Source of the DNA: Klebsiella pneumoniae | GTDB lineage: Bacteria; Pseudomonadota; Gammaproteobacteria; Ga0077536 | Reading direction: 5' to 3' | Length of the DNA: 64,000 bases | Assembly (NCBI GenBank): GCA_945876945.1 | Contig: CAMCQE010000003.1 | Coordinates: 5,446 to 69,445, forward strand | Shown: one piece after another, positions 9,610 through 18,865 of the stretch | Numbering within the stretch: position 1 is the stretch's first letter | Layout of the letters: each line of letters begins with the position of its first letter | The notes under the pieces: generated by a model | Told to the model about the DNA's origin: nothing | The model's database searches: none | What the model saw: the letters and a program-made list of their open reading frames with translations, nothing else | Program-made: the position numbers and the translations under genes

Positions 9610-12057
9610 ATGAGTGTACCCGCCATGTATTCGCTCCGCTTTCGCATTGCGCACTGGGTTTTGGCCCACCGAAAAACCGCCTGGTTTATCTTCATTGCGC
9701 TGACCGTGTTTTTCGCCGCAGGCTTGCCCAAGGTTGAGCTACGCACGATTTTCTCCGAACTGCTGCCCACCGACGATCCGTTCGTCCAGGTTTACGAAGC
9801 ACATCCGGGGTTTGGTAATCCGCTCACCGTGGCGGTGATGATCAAGCGCAAGGACGGCACGATTTACAACGAAGACACGCTGGCGAAGGTGTGGAAGTTC
9901 ACCCGCGATATCGACCTCGTGCCCGGCGTCGACCACGACATGATTCTTTCGCTGGCCAGCAGCAAGGCGCGCTACAGCGAATCCACCGCGAATGGCATCG
10001 ATATGCGACCGCTGATGGCGGACCGGGCCCCCCAAACCGCCGAGGAATTGCAGCAATTTCAACGGCTCGTCGATAAAGCGCCCAACGTGCGGGTGTTCCT
10101 CATTTCCCGCGATGACACCGCCACGCTCATTACGGCCACCTTCATCGAACATCGTCTCGATTACGGCGTGGCGTTTGAGCACCTCCAGCGTTTGGTGCGG
10201 GAAGCGCGCGACGAGCACCATGAGGTTTATTTGGCGGGGCAGCCGGTGCTCATCGGCTGGGTTTACCAATACGAGTGGCAGATGGTGCAGATATTTACCG
10301 TTACCCTCGTTTGTCTCATCGGCGCGCTCATGCTCTACATGCGCAATATCGTGGGCGTCATCACGCCGATCATTACCAGTGCGACCGCCGGCATTTGGGC
10401 CTTTGGCCTCGTGGGCTGGCTCGATATTTCGATTGAGCCGCTGCTGATGGTGGTGCCCCTGCTGCTGACGGCGCGCTCGTTTTCGCATTGCGTGCAGTTT
10501 ACCGAGCGCTTTTACGAGGTTTACGCCGAAGTAGGCGACCGGGTTAAAGCCGCCGAGATCACGATGGGCGTGATGATGGCGCCCAGCATCGTCGGCATCA
10601 TCACCGACATTCTCGGTATTTTTATTGTGGTGGCGGCGCCGATTCCGGCCATGGTTCGCCACGCCATCTTCTGCGGCATGTGGGCGGTATGGCTGATTCC
10701 GACCGGGGTGGTGTTGATTTCGCTGCTGCTGGCCACGCTACCCGCGCCCCGCAACATCCATCGGCTGACGGGCAAGGGCAGAGTCTCCGGTTTCCATCTG
10801 CGCTTGCAGTCCGTGCTGTCTTCGGTCGCGAGTTTATCGGTGGGACCTACCGCGCGGGCGACCACCGGCGTGGTGGTGGTGCTCAGCGTGATCGCGATTT
10901 ATATCGCCGGCCAGATCCGCATCGGCAATCCGGTCGAAGGCTCGGGATTGTTCTGGCACGACTCCGAGTTCAACACGGCGGTACGCCAAATCAATGGCCA
11001 TTTCCCCGGCGTGAACACGCTCGAAATCGTGCTGGAGTCGAAAGACCGCAAGAGCCTCGAACTGCAGATCCAGAAGCACGAGATACAAGCCACCATGCAG
11101 CGGCTGCAAACGCTCATGGAGTCCGGCCCCAATCCGCCCCGCGCCACGCTGTCCTTTGCTGATTACGTGAGCGAGGGTAATCGTCTGTTCAACGGCGGGA
11201 ATCCCAAGTGGTCCCTGTTGGACCCCAATGATCAGGCAACCAGCGCGGCCTCGTTCGCCGTCACGATGGGAACGAGCGCGAAAAATTTCGGTCACGTGGT
11301 GGACGAAAAATGGCTGGATGGCACGGTGTCGCTTTGGTATCCGGACAACAAGCAGGCCACAGTCGATGCCGCGATCGCCGCTGCTACCGAGGCCGTGAAC
11401 AAGGTTGGCATCGACCACGAGCGATTCACGGTCAGAATGGCCACGGGCACCATCCCGCTCCAGCAGGCGGTGAACCACGTGGTCGAGCGCTATCACTGGG
11501 TGGTGGTGCTGGTGCTTAACTTCCTCATTCTGATCATCTGCAGCGTGGCTTATCGCTCGCTCGTGGCGGGCCTGCTGTTGCTGGTGCCGGTTAACCTTGC
11601 AAATGAAGTGCTCTACGCGGCCATGCACCTGCTAGGCGTTGGGCTGGACGTGAATTCACTCATTGTGGCGGCGATTGGGCTCGGGGTTGGTATCGACTAC
11701 GGGATCTATCTGTTGTCCCGCATCTGCGAGGAATATCACACCGCCGAGGGCGACTGGACGGTGGCGATTACCGCCGCGCTCCGCACCACTGGCAAGGCGA
11801 TTCTGTTCACCGCCACCATCATGGCCTTGGGGATAGCGCCCTGGTACTTCCTGTCGGGACTTAAATTTGTCGCCGACATGGGCCTGCTGCTGATCGTCAT
11901 CATGGCCATCAACATGGTGTTGTCGCTGGTGGTGTTGCCCCTGATCGTCTGGATCGTGAAGCCGTCATTCGCGTCGCGAAGAGATCTGCTGGTGGGTGAG
12001 GGCGTTGATCTCTCGCTCTTCACGGCGGGGGCTGGCGAAGGGCCGGCGGTTCGTTAA
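9610..12057 (+). CDS. RND-superfamily / MMPL-like exporter (HpnN-like architecture)
   Basis: Two blocks of about 6 TM helices separated by large soluble loops, about 815 aa from the ATG at 9610 (MSVPAMYSLRF). The track start at 9523 adds an unlikely leader. Confidence 0.75.
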   Translation: MSVPAMYSLRFRIAHWVLAHRKTAWFIFIALTVFFAAGLPKVELRTIFSELLPTDDPFVQVYEAHPGFGNPLTVAVMIKRKDGTIYNEDTLAKVWKFTRDIDLVPGVDHDMILSLASSKARYSESTANGIDMRPLMADRAPQTAEELQQFQRLVDKAPNVRVFLISRDDTATLITATFIEHRLDYGVAFEHLQRLVREARDEHHEVYLAGQPVLIGWVYQYEWQMVQIFTVTLVCLIGALMLYMRNIVGVITPIITSATAGIWAFGLVGWLDISIEPLLMVVPLLLTARSFSHCVQFTERFYEVYAEVGDRVKAAEITMGVMMAPSIVGIITDILGIFIVVAAPIPAMVRHAIFCGMWAVWLIPTGVVLISLLLATLPAPRNIHRLTGKGRVSGFHLRLQSVLSSVASLSVGPTARATTGVVVVLSVIAIYIAGQIRIGNPVEGSGLFWHDSEFNTAVRQINGHFPGVNTLEIVLESKDRKSLELQIQKHEIQATMQRLQTLMESGPNPPRATLSFADYVSEGNRLFNGGNPKWSLLDPNDQATSAASFAVTMGTSAKNFGHVVDEKWLDGTVSLWYPDNKQATVDAAIAAATEAVNKVGIDHERFTVRMATGTIPLQQAVNHVVERYHWVVVLVLNFLILIICSVAYRSLVAGLLLLVPVNLANEVLYAAMHLLGVGLDVNSLIVAAIGLGVGIDYGIYLLSRICEEYHTAEGDWTVAITAALRTTGKAILFTATIMALGIAPWYFLSGLKFVADMGLLLIVIMAINMVLSLVVLPLIVWIVKPSFASRRDLLVGEGVDLSLFTAGAGEGPAVR

Positions 12058-12081
12058 TCCGCCCGCCGCAGGCGACCGAAC

Positions 12082-12107
12082 GACATGGGCTAGCGCACGC
12101 CCATGTC
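12082..12107. terminator. 9-bp inverted repeat (GACATGGGC-N8-GCCCATGTC) between convergent genes, overlapping the stop of the LLM gene
   Basis: Hand-indexed arms at 12082-12090 and 12099-12107. There is no U-tract, so this is only a terminator-like hairpin. Confidence 0.35.
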
Positions 12108-13154
12108 GCGCAAGAGTGGCTCGATGTCCCGGGCAAAACGCAGGGTGTCGTCGTGATAGGCCTGAAACACCATCAACAGGCCATCAAGTCCAGCCTGGTA
12201 AAGCGACGCCAGTTGCGTGGCAACCTGCTCCTTCGTGCCGATCACAGGTAGGGCGCCCGCTCCAAGCACCAGCATGTCCAGCGTGAATTGATCGAAGGAA
12301 CCGCTCCCGAGCCCGAGGCCCGCGAGCCAGTTACCCGCCGCCACGTTGTCCTTGTGCGCGATGATGCGCGCGACCTCGGCCTGGGCTTCGTCTTCTGAAT
12401 CTCGCCACAGGACGAAGGGAAATCCTGCGCACTGCACCTGCCGACCATGGGCCGCGGCGCGGGCATGGATGTCTTGCGTGATCTCCGGGATCGCCGTTGC
12501 TGACGGCGGGCTGATAAACGCCCAGTCGCACAGCCGCGCCACCATGGCTTTGGCATCCGGCGAGACGCCGGCATTGGCGACGGGCGGCGCGATGCGCGGT
12601 TGCGGCAAGGAGTAACCGCCGCGCACCTGATACCACGGCGAATCAAAATTGAAACTGCCCGGCGGTTCTGTCCATAAGCCGCGCAAAATCTCGACAAACG
12701 CCGCCGTGCGCTGGTAGCGCTCTTCATGGGGCAACAGCGCAACGCCCATCATTTCAAACTCTTCCTTGCTCCAACCGCTGACGAGGTTGATGCCCCAGCG
12801 GCCCTGACTGAGGTGGTCCATGGTGGCGCCCATCTTGGCGACCACCACTGGATGGAAGACCGGCACGTGGACGGTGGAAAACACTCGGATGCGCGAGGTC
12901 ACCGCCAGCAAGGCCGACGCCCAGGTCATCGTTTCCATGGACGTGCCGAGATAGTCGGTCTCGCCGCCAAAGCCCCGCCAACGGCTGACTGGAAAGAGAA
13001 AATCAAAGCCGGCCGCCTCGGCCGCCAGGGCGATGCGCTTGTTCGACTCGTAGGGCCATTCATCCGGCACCGTACGGTGGGTGCTGATGGCGTACATGTT
13101 GCTGCAGTTCGGCATGAATAGCCCAAGCTGCAAACCGTTACGGGAAGTGTTCAT
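12090..13154 (-). CDS. LLM-class (luciferase-like) flavin-dependent oxidoreductase
   Basis: 354 aa with a typical LLM N-terminus (LQLGLFMPNCSN.., FDFLFPVSRWRG) and a TIM-barrel-sized ORF. ATG at 13152-13154. Confidence 0.8.
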   Translation of the reverse strand: MNTSRNGLQLGLFMPNCSNMYAISTHRTVPDEWPYESNKRIALAAEAAGFDFLFPVSRWRGFGGETDYLGTSMETMTWASALLAVTSRIRVFSTVHVPVFHPVVVAKMGATMDHLSQGRWGINLVSGWSKEEFEMMGVALLPHEERYQRTAAFVEILRGLWTEPPGSFNFDSPWYQVRGGYSLPQPRIAPPVANAGVSPDAKAMVARLCDWAFISPPSATAIPEITQDIHARAAAHGRQVQCAGFPFVLWRDSEDEAQAEVARIIAHKDNVAAGNWLAGLGLGSGSFDQFTLDMLVLGAGALPVIGTKEQVATQLASLYQAGLDGLLMVFQAYHDDTLRFARDIEPLLRDMGVR

Positions 13155-13187
13155 GCGAATGACCGATGGTTGCGAAGATAGGGGTTT

Positions 13188-14042
13188 TCAGGACGCCGAG
13201 GCCTGTGCGCGAAGCGCCTGTTCGATACAGGCGACGAACTCGGCCTCCGTTCTGGCACCCGCCAGAACGTCCGCGCTGATGATATAGCCATGCTCCCGGG
13301 CGATGCTTTCATAGCGCGGGACACGGGCGGCGAACAGACGGGGGAACATCCACAGCACAAAGTCATCCGGGCGAATGTCTTCAATGCCCTTGAGCGCTCG
13401 CTCTGCGAGATAAACGGCGAGTTGCTCATCGAGAAATGCAGGCCGGTAATACAGCGGTTTGGGATCGGCTTCGGCGCGGCGGAGGAGTTCGCGTCCGTTC
13501 TCCGGAGTGGCTTCGATGTAGACGATAAGGGTGTGCTTCGCCAGCACTTCGAGCGCCTGCGGGTCGTCCAGTTCACAGAGGCTGCCCGCAGAGTCATTGA
13601 CGAAGTGCTGATAGCCGTAGATTTCATGGGCTTTGGCGATGAATTCCGGCACGTCCAGCATGGCCGCCACTTCGGCGTCCCGATACAGCTGTTGGCGGCG
13701 TTTGAATTCCTGCAGATCCAATCCCGCCAGGCTCGGCGTACCCAGCTTTCCCAGAAACGTCAGGACAGCCGTCAGGTTGTCGACCGTGATGTTGTTCGAG
13801 ATATAGATGGAGTCGGAGCGGAGCAGTTCGCGCAAGAAGGGCACTTGCATGACCTGCCGCTTGATGTTGTCGAGAATCGGCTCATTGAGATAGCGCGTGC
13901 CGATGCGGTAATCCGCCGAGTAGTGGAACCAGTTCGCCTGCCGTAGCCTGCCCGAAAGATGGGTTTTGCCCACGCCGGACATTCCCAGCAGGGTGATCGA
14001 CTTGGCGTTCCAGTCGCGAAATTCTGCGGCAGTCATTTTCAT
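13188..14042 (-). CDS. P-loop NTPase/kinase-like protein of unknown function
   Basis: Walker A GMSGVGKTHLS near the N-terminus. About 284 aa from the ATG at 14042 (the track gives GTG 14048). 33 nt upstream of the LLM gene on the same strand. Confidence 0.6.
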   Translation of the reverse strand: MKMTAAEFRDWNAKSITLLGMSGVGKTHLSGRLRQANWFHYSADYRIGTRYLNEPILDNIKRQVMQVPFLRELLRSDSIYISNNITVDNLTAVLTFLGKLGTPSLAGLDLQEFKRRQQLYRDAEVAAMLDVPEFIAKAHEIYGYQHFVNDSAGSLCELDDPQALEVLAKHTLIVYIEATPENGRELLRRAEADPKPLYYRPAFLDEQLAVYLAERALKGIEDIRPDDFVLWMFPRLFAARVPRYESIAREHGYIISADVLAGARTEAEFVACIEQALRAQASAS

Positions 14043-14238
14043 GGGCACATGCTACCGAGCGCTCAGCGCTTTTTGAATGAAGAATTCGGCTCGGGCTGGC
14101 CTCGGCCCCGCTGCCGTCTGCGACGGCGCATTTATTTGAGGAGATTTGTGGTTACTATTCATCCTAAACGGGCTTCACGCCCGCTTGAGCGTGATTCATT
14201 TCCGTTGTTGCACGCAGTCGAATGATGGAACTTTCCAG

Positions 14239-15339
14239 ATGACAGCTCTCACACACTACCTCGACCAAACCACCTCGGCCTTCAAGGTGCTGATCGTTGA
14301 TGACGACTTGCTGCAGCGAAAGCTGGCGCAGGCCATTCTCGAAGGCCCCCGATATGTGGTGTTTGAGGCGACCAACGGTCAGGAAGGGCTGGATTTAATC
14401 CAGCGAGAAGAGTTCGATGCCGTCGTGCTCGACCGGCAAATGCCGGGGATGGATGGTGAAGAGGTCTGCCGTCGCGTCCGCCAGGACCTCGGCAATCATT
14501 TGCTACCGCTCATCATGGTGACGGGGGCGGGGTCCAGCGCGCTGGCCTCCGCGCTGCGGGCTGGCGCCACCGATTTCATCCACAAACCCTATAACGCCCA
14601 GGAATTTCAGGCCCGGGTTGATTCGGCTATCAGTCGCAAGCGGCTGACGGATCAGTTGGAGAGCGCCGAATCCGTGCTCTTCGCGCTCGCGCGAATGGTG
14701 GAGGCGAAAGACGGAAACACCGGCGATCACTGCACCCGACTGGCCCAATACTCCGTGCGGTTTGGTGAGGTGCTGGGTTTGGGCGGCGATGAGTTATTGG
14801 CACTGCGTCGCGGCGGCGTTCTGCATGACATTGGCAAACTGGGGATCCCCGAACACATCCTGCTCAAGCCCGGTGGCTTCACGCCCGAAGAGTGGGCCGT
14901 GATGAAAACGCATACCCTCATCGGGGAACGCCTGTGTAGCGGGCTGCGGAGTTTTCGACTTACCGTTCACATCATTCGCTCCCACCATGAACGCTGGGAC
15001 GGTAGCGGTTATCCCGACGGTCTGGCCGGTGAAGACATCCCGCTCCTGGCGCGCGTGTTCCAGATTTGTGACATCTACGACGCACTGACTTTCGCACGGC
15101 CCTACAAGCCCGCCCTGCCGACCTCGGAAGTCATTCGCATCATGCGTGAGGAAACGGCACGCGGCTGGCGAGATCCGGCCTTGATGGATATCTTCCTCGA
15201 TTTGGTCGAGCGCGAGCCGGAGGCCTTTATGGTCCAGAGCAATCCGAGTGACGATCTCGGCCTCGCGCTGTTTGAGGGGATTCAGATCACGCGAGGGCAG
15301 CTCGATCTGCCCACACCGGTGCGAGAGAGCGGGCAATAA
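14239..15339 (+). CDS. Response regulator with HD-GYP (cyclic-di-GMP phosphodiesterase-type) output domain
   Basis: Receiver domain (VLIVDDD .. AVVLDRQMPGMDG) followed by HDIGKLGIP and HHERWDGSGYPDGL. Started at the ATG at 14239 (MTALTHY). Confidence 0.85.
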   Translation: MTALTHYLDQTTSAFKVLIVDDDLLQRKLAQAILEGPRYVVFEATNGQEGLDLIQREEFDAVVLDRQMPGMDGEEVCRRVRQDLGNHLLPLIMVTGAGSSALASALRAGATDFIHKPYNAQEFQARVDSAISRKRLTDQLESAESVLFALARMVEAKDGNTGDHCTRLAQYSVRFGEVLGLGGDELLALRRGGVLHDIGKLGIPEHILLKPGGFTPEEWAVMKTHTLIGERLCSGLRSFRLTVHIIRSHHERWDGSGYPDGLAGEDIPLLARVFQICDIYDALTFARPYKPALPTSEVIRIMREETARGWRDPALMDIFLDLVEREPEAFMVQSNPSDDLGLALFEGIQITRGQLDLPTPVRESGQ

Positions 15340-15406
15340 AGCCCGACAGCTGTCTGCTTGGTGCCGGCAGTGAGAGTCGGCCCCCCGAGCTTTTGCGACT
15401 TCGCCC

Positions 15407-16204
15407 TTACCGTCCCTGATACACCGGGGTGCGTTTTTCCATGAAGGCGCGAGGCCCTTCTTTCGCATCCTCGGTCAGAAACACCGGCGCGGAGACTTCT
15501 ACTTCAATCGCGAGCGCTTCCTGCTCGGGTTTGCCCAGACAGGCTTTAACCGAGCGCCGAATCGCTTTCACCGCCAGCGGCCCGTTGGCCGCAATGCGCG
15601 CCGCAATTTGCCGCGCTTTGGTCAGCGGGTCGGCATCCAGGTAGTTCAGAAAACCCAGTTGCAGCGCTTCGTCTGCCGTAATCAGGTCGCCGGTCAGCAG
15701 TAGTTCCATTGCTTTGGCGTAAGGCAGTTGCGCCGGCAGGCGGACCGTCGAGCCACCGGCAGGGAAGATGGCCCATTTCACTTCCTGCACACCGAACTTG
15801 GCCTCGGCAACTGATACGCGAATATCTGTGCCCTGCACCAGTTCCATCCCGCCCGCGATGGCATGGCCGTTAATCGCCGCCAGCACCGGTTTCTCGGGAT
15901 CAAAATCGCGGAGCAGGGCGCGGCGGGTGAGATAGCGGTCGGCGACGATGCGCTCGTCCCATTCGTTTTCGGGTTTGCGGGCGCCGGAGTACAGCGGGAT
16001 AAGCTGGCCTAAATCGGCGCCGGCGCAGAAGGCGCTACCGGTGCCGGTCAGAATCGCCACGCGCACCTCATCGTCCTGACGCACCGCTTCCCAGGCGTCT
16101 GCCAAACGGCAGGCCACTTCGGGATTCAAGGCATTTCTGGCCTCCGGCCGATTGAGCGTGATGATGGCCACATGGTTTTCAACAACGTAATTCAGCACGC
16201 TCAT
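15407..16204 (-). CDS. Enoyl-CoA hydratase/isomerase (crotonase) family protein
   Basis: VAIITLNRPEARNAL, AFCAGADL and INGHAIAGGMEL motifs. The ATG at 16204 is preferred over TTG 16258, which would overlap the cphA stop. Confidence 0.8.
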   Translation of the reverse strand: MSVLNYVVENHVAIITLNRPEARNALNPEVACRLADAWEAVRQDDEVRVAILTGTGSAFCAGADLGQLIPLYSGARKPENEWDERIVADRYLTRRALLRDFDPEKPVLAAINGHAIAGGMELVQGTDIRVSVAEAKFGVQEVKWAIFPAGGSTVRLPAQLPYAKAMELLLTGDLITADEALQLGFLNYLDADPLTKARQIAARIAANGPLAVKAIRRSVKACLGKPEQEALAIEVEVSAPVFLTEDAKEGPRAFMEKRTPVYQGR

Positions 16205-16238
16205 GTCGGTGGCCTCCAGCCGTTCTTGCAGGGTGAAT

Positions 16239-18818
16239 TCAGGCGTTGGCTTCGGCAACGCGCTGGTTGAGATGTTCCAGCGCTTCCTGCACCTGATCGA
16301 TGAGGATCAAACACAGGTCGCCCGGCGCCAGTGTGCTGAGTGCCCGGTCAATAGCGATGAACTCGCCGCGGATTTCCTCGATCTCTCGCGTCCGTTCGGC
16401 GCCCACCAGCCCTTCGCGCAGGAGTCCCAGCACTTCGCCATCTTCGCGGCCGCGCTGACAGGCATCCTGATACAGCAAGACGGTGTCGAAGGCCGTGCCC
16501 AAAATGCGGGTCTGGTCTCGGATGTCTTCATCCCGACGATCGCCGGCACCGCTGATCACCACCGTGCGCCGCTTGGCGGGTAGGGCGATCACGGCATCCA
16601 CCAGCGCCTTCATGGCGTCCGGGTTGTGGCCATAGTCGGCAATAACGGTGGCGCCCCGGTAGTCCAGCAGATTGAAGCGGCCCGGCGTCGAGGCGACATC
16701 GGACTGGAAACTCGCCAGACCGGCGCGCAAGGCAACGGTGTCGACATTCACCGCCCAGCAGGCCGCCACAGCGGCCATGGTGTTGTCGATCTGGAAACCC
16801 ACCCGTCCGCCCATCGTCAGCGGGATGTCAGCCAGCGCCAGACGGAACACCTCTTCGCTCTGATTGACGCAAACGATTGCGTCGTCATCGAGATACACCA
16901 CCGCTCGCCCCTGCGCGCGGTGGGTCACCATCAGCGGATTGGCGCGATCGCGCGAGAAGAAAACAACGCTCCCGGGGCAGACGCTGCCCAGCCGCGCGCA
17001 CATGGGGTCGTCGGCATTCAGCACCGCATAGCCGGTAGGCGAGACATTTTGCACGATCACGCGCTTCAGCACCGCGAGGTCTTCGACGGTCGTAATGTAG
17101 TTGAGGCCCAGATGGTCGCCCGCGCCGATGTTGGTGACGACTGCCACCTGGCAGCGGTCAAAGGCGAGCCCTTCGCGCAGAATGCCTCCTCGCGCGGTTT
17201 CCAACACGGCGGCGTCGACGTCGGGGTGCATGAGAATGGTTTTGCCGCTGCGCGGTCCGCTGCAGTCGCCGGCGTCCAGTTGGCGGCCGCCGGCATAGAC
17301 GCCATCGGTGGTAGTCAGGCCTACGCGCAAACCCTGTTGCTCCAGCAGATGGGCAATCAGGCGCACGGTGGTGGTTTTGCCATTGGTGCCAGTCACGGCG
17401 ATGACCGGGATTCGTCCGTCCTGATCGGCAGCGAACATCTCGTTGATGATGGCCTCGCCCACGCGCCGACCGGTGCCATAGGACGGCGTGAGGTGCATGC
17501 GTAAACCCGGTGCCGCGTTAACTTCCACCACGCCGCCGGACTGTTCTTCCAGCGGCCGCAGCACGGACTGACACACCACGTCCACGCCACAAATCTCAAG
17601 CCCCACCATCTGCGCGGCCGTGACGGCACGGGCGGCGAGGTCGGGATGCACCTGATCGGTGACATCGGTGGCGGTGCCGCCGGTGGACAGATTGGCGTTA
17701 TTGCGTAGGACCACCGGTTGGCCGAGCGCGGGCACCGCGTCCAGCGTCAGGTGCTGGTTGTGCAAGCAGGCCATGGCAATGTCGTCGATCGGGATGCGGG
17801 TCAGGGAGGTGGCGTGACCGGTGCCACGACGCGGATCGCGGTTCACTTCGTCCACCAGTTCCTGAATGGTGTGGACGCCGTCGCCCGTGACCAGCGGCGG
17901 CTCGCGGCGGGCAGCAGCGATGAGTTTGTCGCCAATCACGAGCATGCGGTAATCGCTGCCCGGGATGAAGCGTTCGATGATGACGCGCGAGCCGGCCTCG
18001 GCGGCGGAGCGGAAGCCGGCCTCCAGCTGTTCGCGCGTTTCGACGTTCACGGTGACGCCCCGGCCATGGTTGCCATCTTGTGGTTTCACCACCACCGGCA
18101 GCCCGAGCGCGCAGGCGATGTCCCAGGCGTCATTGATGTCATCCACCGGCTGACCTTCTGGCACGGGAACGCCGGCCGCGGCCAGCAGCTGCTTGGTCAG
18201 CTGTTTGTCCTGTGCGATCGATTGCGCGATGGCGCTGGTCCGGTCCATTTCCGCCGCCTGAATCCGGCGCTGCCGGCTGCCCCAGCCGAACTGGATAAGG
18301 CTGCCTTCGCTGAGTCGGTAGAACGGGATTCCGCGTTCCAGCGCGGCCGAGACAATTGATCCTGTGGAAGGGCCTAGCCTCACATCTTCGTAGATTTCCC
18401 GTAGCCGGCTAATTTCTGCCTCCACATCGAAGGGCAGACCTTCGCGTGCCGCGTTGATCAGACGCTCCGCGATATCGATGGCGGAGCGGCCGACGTCTTC
18501 CTGATCGTATTCCACCACCACCTGATACACGCCACGGTCTGGGGCGGTGGCGGTGCGGCTGAAGGTGACCGGGCAACCAATGTCGCACTGCAGGCTCAGC
18601 GTTGCGACTTCCAGCACCTGAGCGAATCCGTTCGTGCTGCCTTCCGGCGGTGACGCCAGCGATTGCAGGCGTGGATAGAGCGCTCGCAGTCGCTCCTCGA
18701 AGCCAGAAAACTGACTTAAGTCGCGCTCGGTATCGTCGCAGGTGACGATGGCTTCGATGGCGGTGCGACGGGTCCAGAGATTGGGGCCGCGTAGGGCCCG
18801 GACACGATCAACTTGCAT
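16239..18818 (-). CDS. cphA: Cyanophycin synthetase (full length)
   Basis: The N-terminal LRGPNLW region, ATP-grasp core (VVVKPQDGNHGRGV), Mur-ligase P-loop VTGTNGKTTT and C-terminal DYGHNPDAM / SGAGDRRDED are all present. The ATG at 18818 is preferred over the TTG at 18869. Confidence 0.9.
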   Translation of the reverse strand: MQVDRVRALRGPNLWTRRTAIEAIVTCDDTERDLSQFSGFEERLRALYPRLQSLASPPEGSTNGFAQVLEVATLSLQCDIGCPVTFSRTATAPDRGVYQVVVEYDQEDVGRSAIDIAERLINAAREGLPFDVEAEISRLREIYEDVRLGPSTGSIVSAALERGIPFYRLSEGSLIQFGWGSRQRRIQAAEMDRTSAIAQSIAQDKQLTKQLLAAAGVPVPEGQPVDDINDAWDIACALGLPVVVKPQDGNHGRGVTVNVETREQLEAGFRSAAEAGSRVIIERFIPGSDYRMLVIGDKLIAAARREPPLVTGDGVHTIQELVDEVNRDPRRGTGHATSLTRIPIDDIAMACLHNQHLTLDAVPALGQPVVLRNNANLSTGGTATDVTDQVHPDLAARAVTAAQMVGLEICGVDVVCQSVLRPLEEQSGGVVEVNAAPGLRMHLTPSYGTGRRVGEAIINEMFAADQDGRIPVIAVTGTNGKTTTVRLIAHLLEQQGLRVGLTTTDGVYAGGRQLDAGDCSGPRSGKTILMHPDVDAAVLETARGGILREGLAFDRCQVAVVTNIGAGDHLGLNYITTVEDLAVLKRVIVQNVSPTGYAVLNADDPMCARLGSVCPGSVVFFSRDRANPLMVTHRAQGRAVVYLDDDAIVCVNQSEEVFRLALADIPLTMGGRVGFQIDNTMAAVAACWAVNVDTVALRAGLASFQSDVASTPGRFNLLDYRGATVIADYGHNPDAMKALVDAVIALPAKRRTVVISGAGDRRDEDIRDQTRILGTAFDTVLLYQDACQRGREDGEVLGLLREGLVGAERTREIEEIRGEFIAIDRALSTLAPGDLCLILIDQVQEALEHLNQRVAEANA

Positions 18819-18865
18819 GAGGGATAGGGTCCTGTCTTTAAGGACTGGGCAACGGGGTGTATGGC

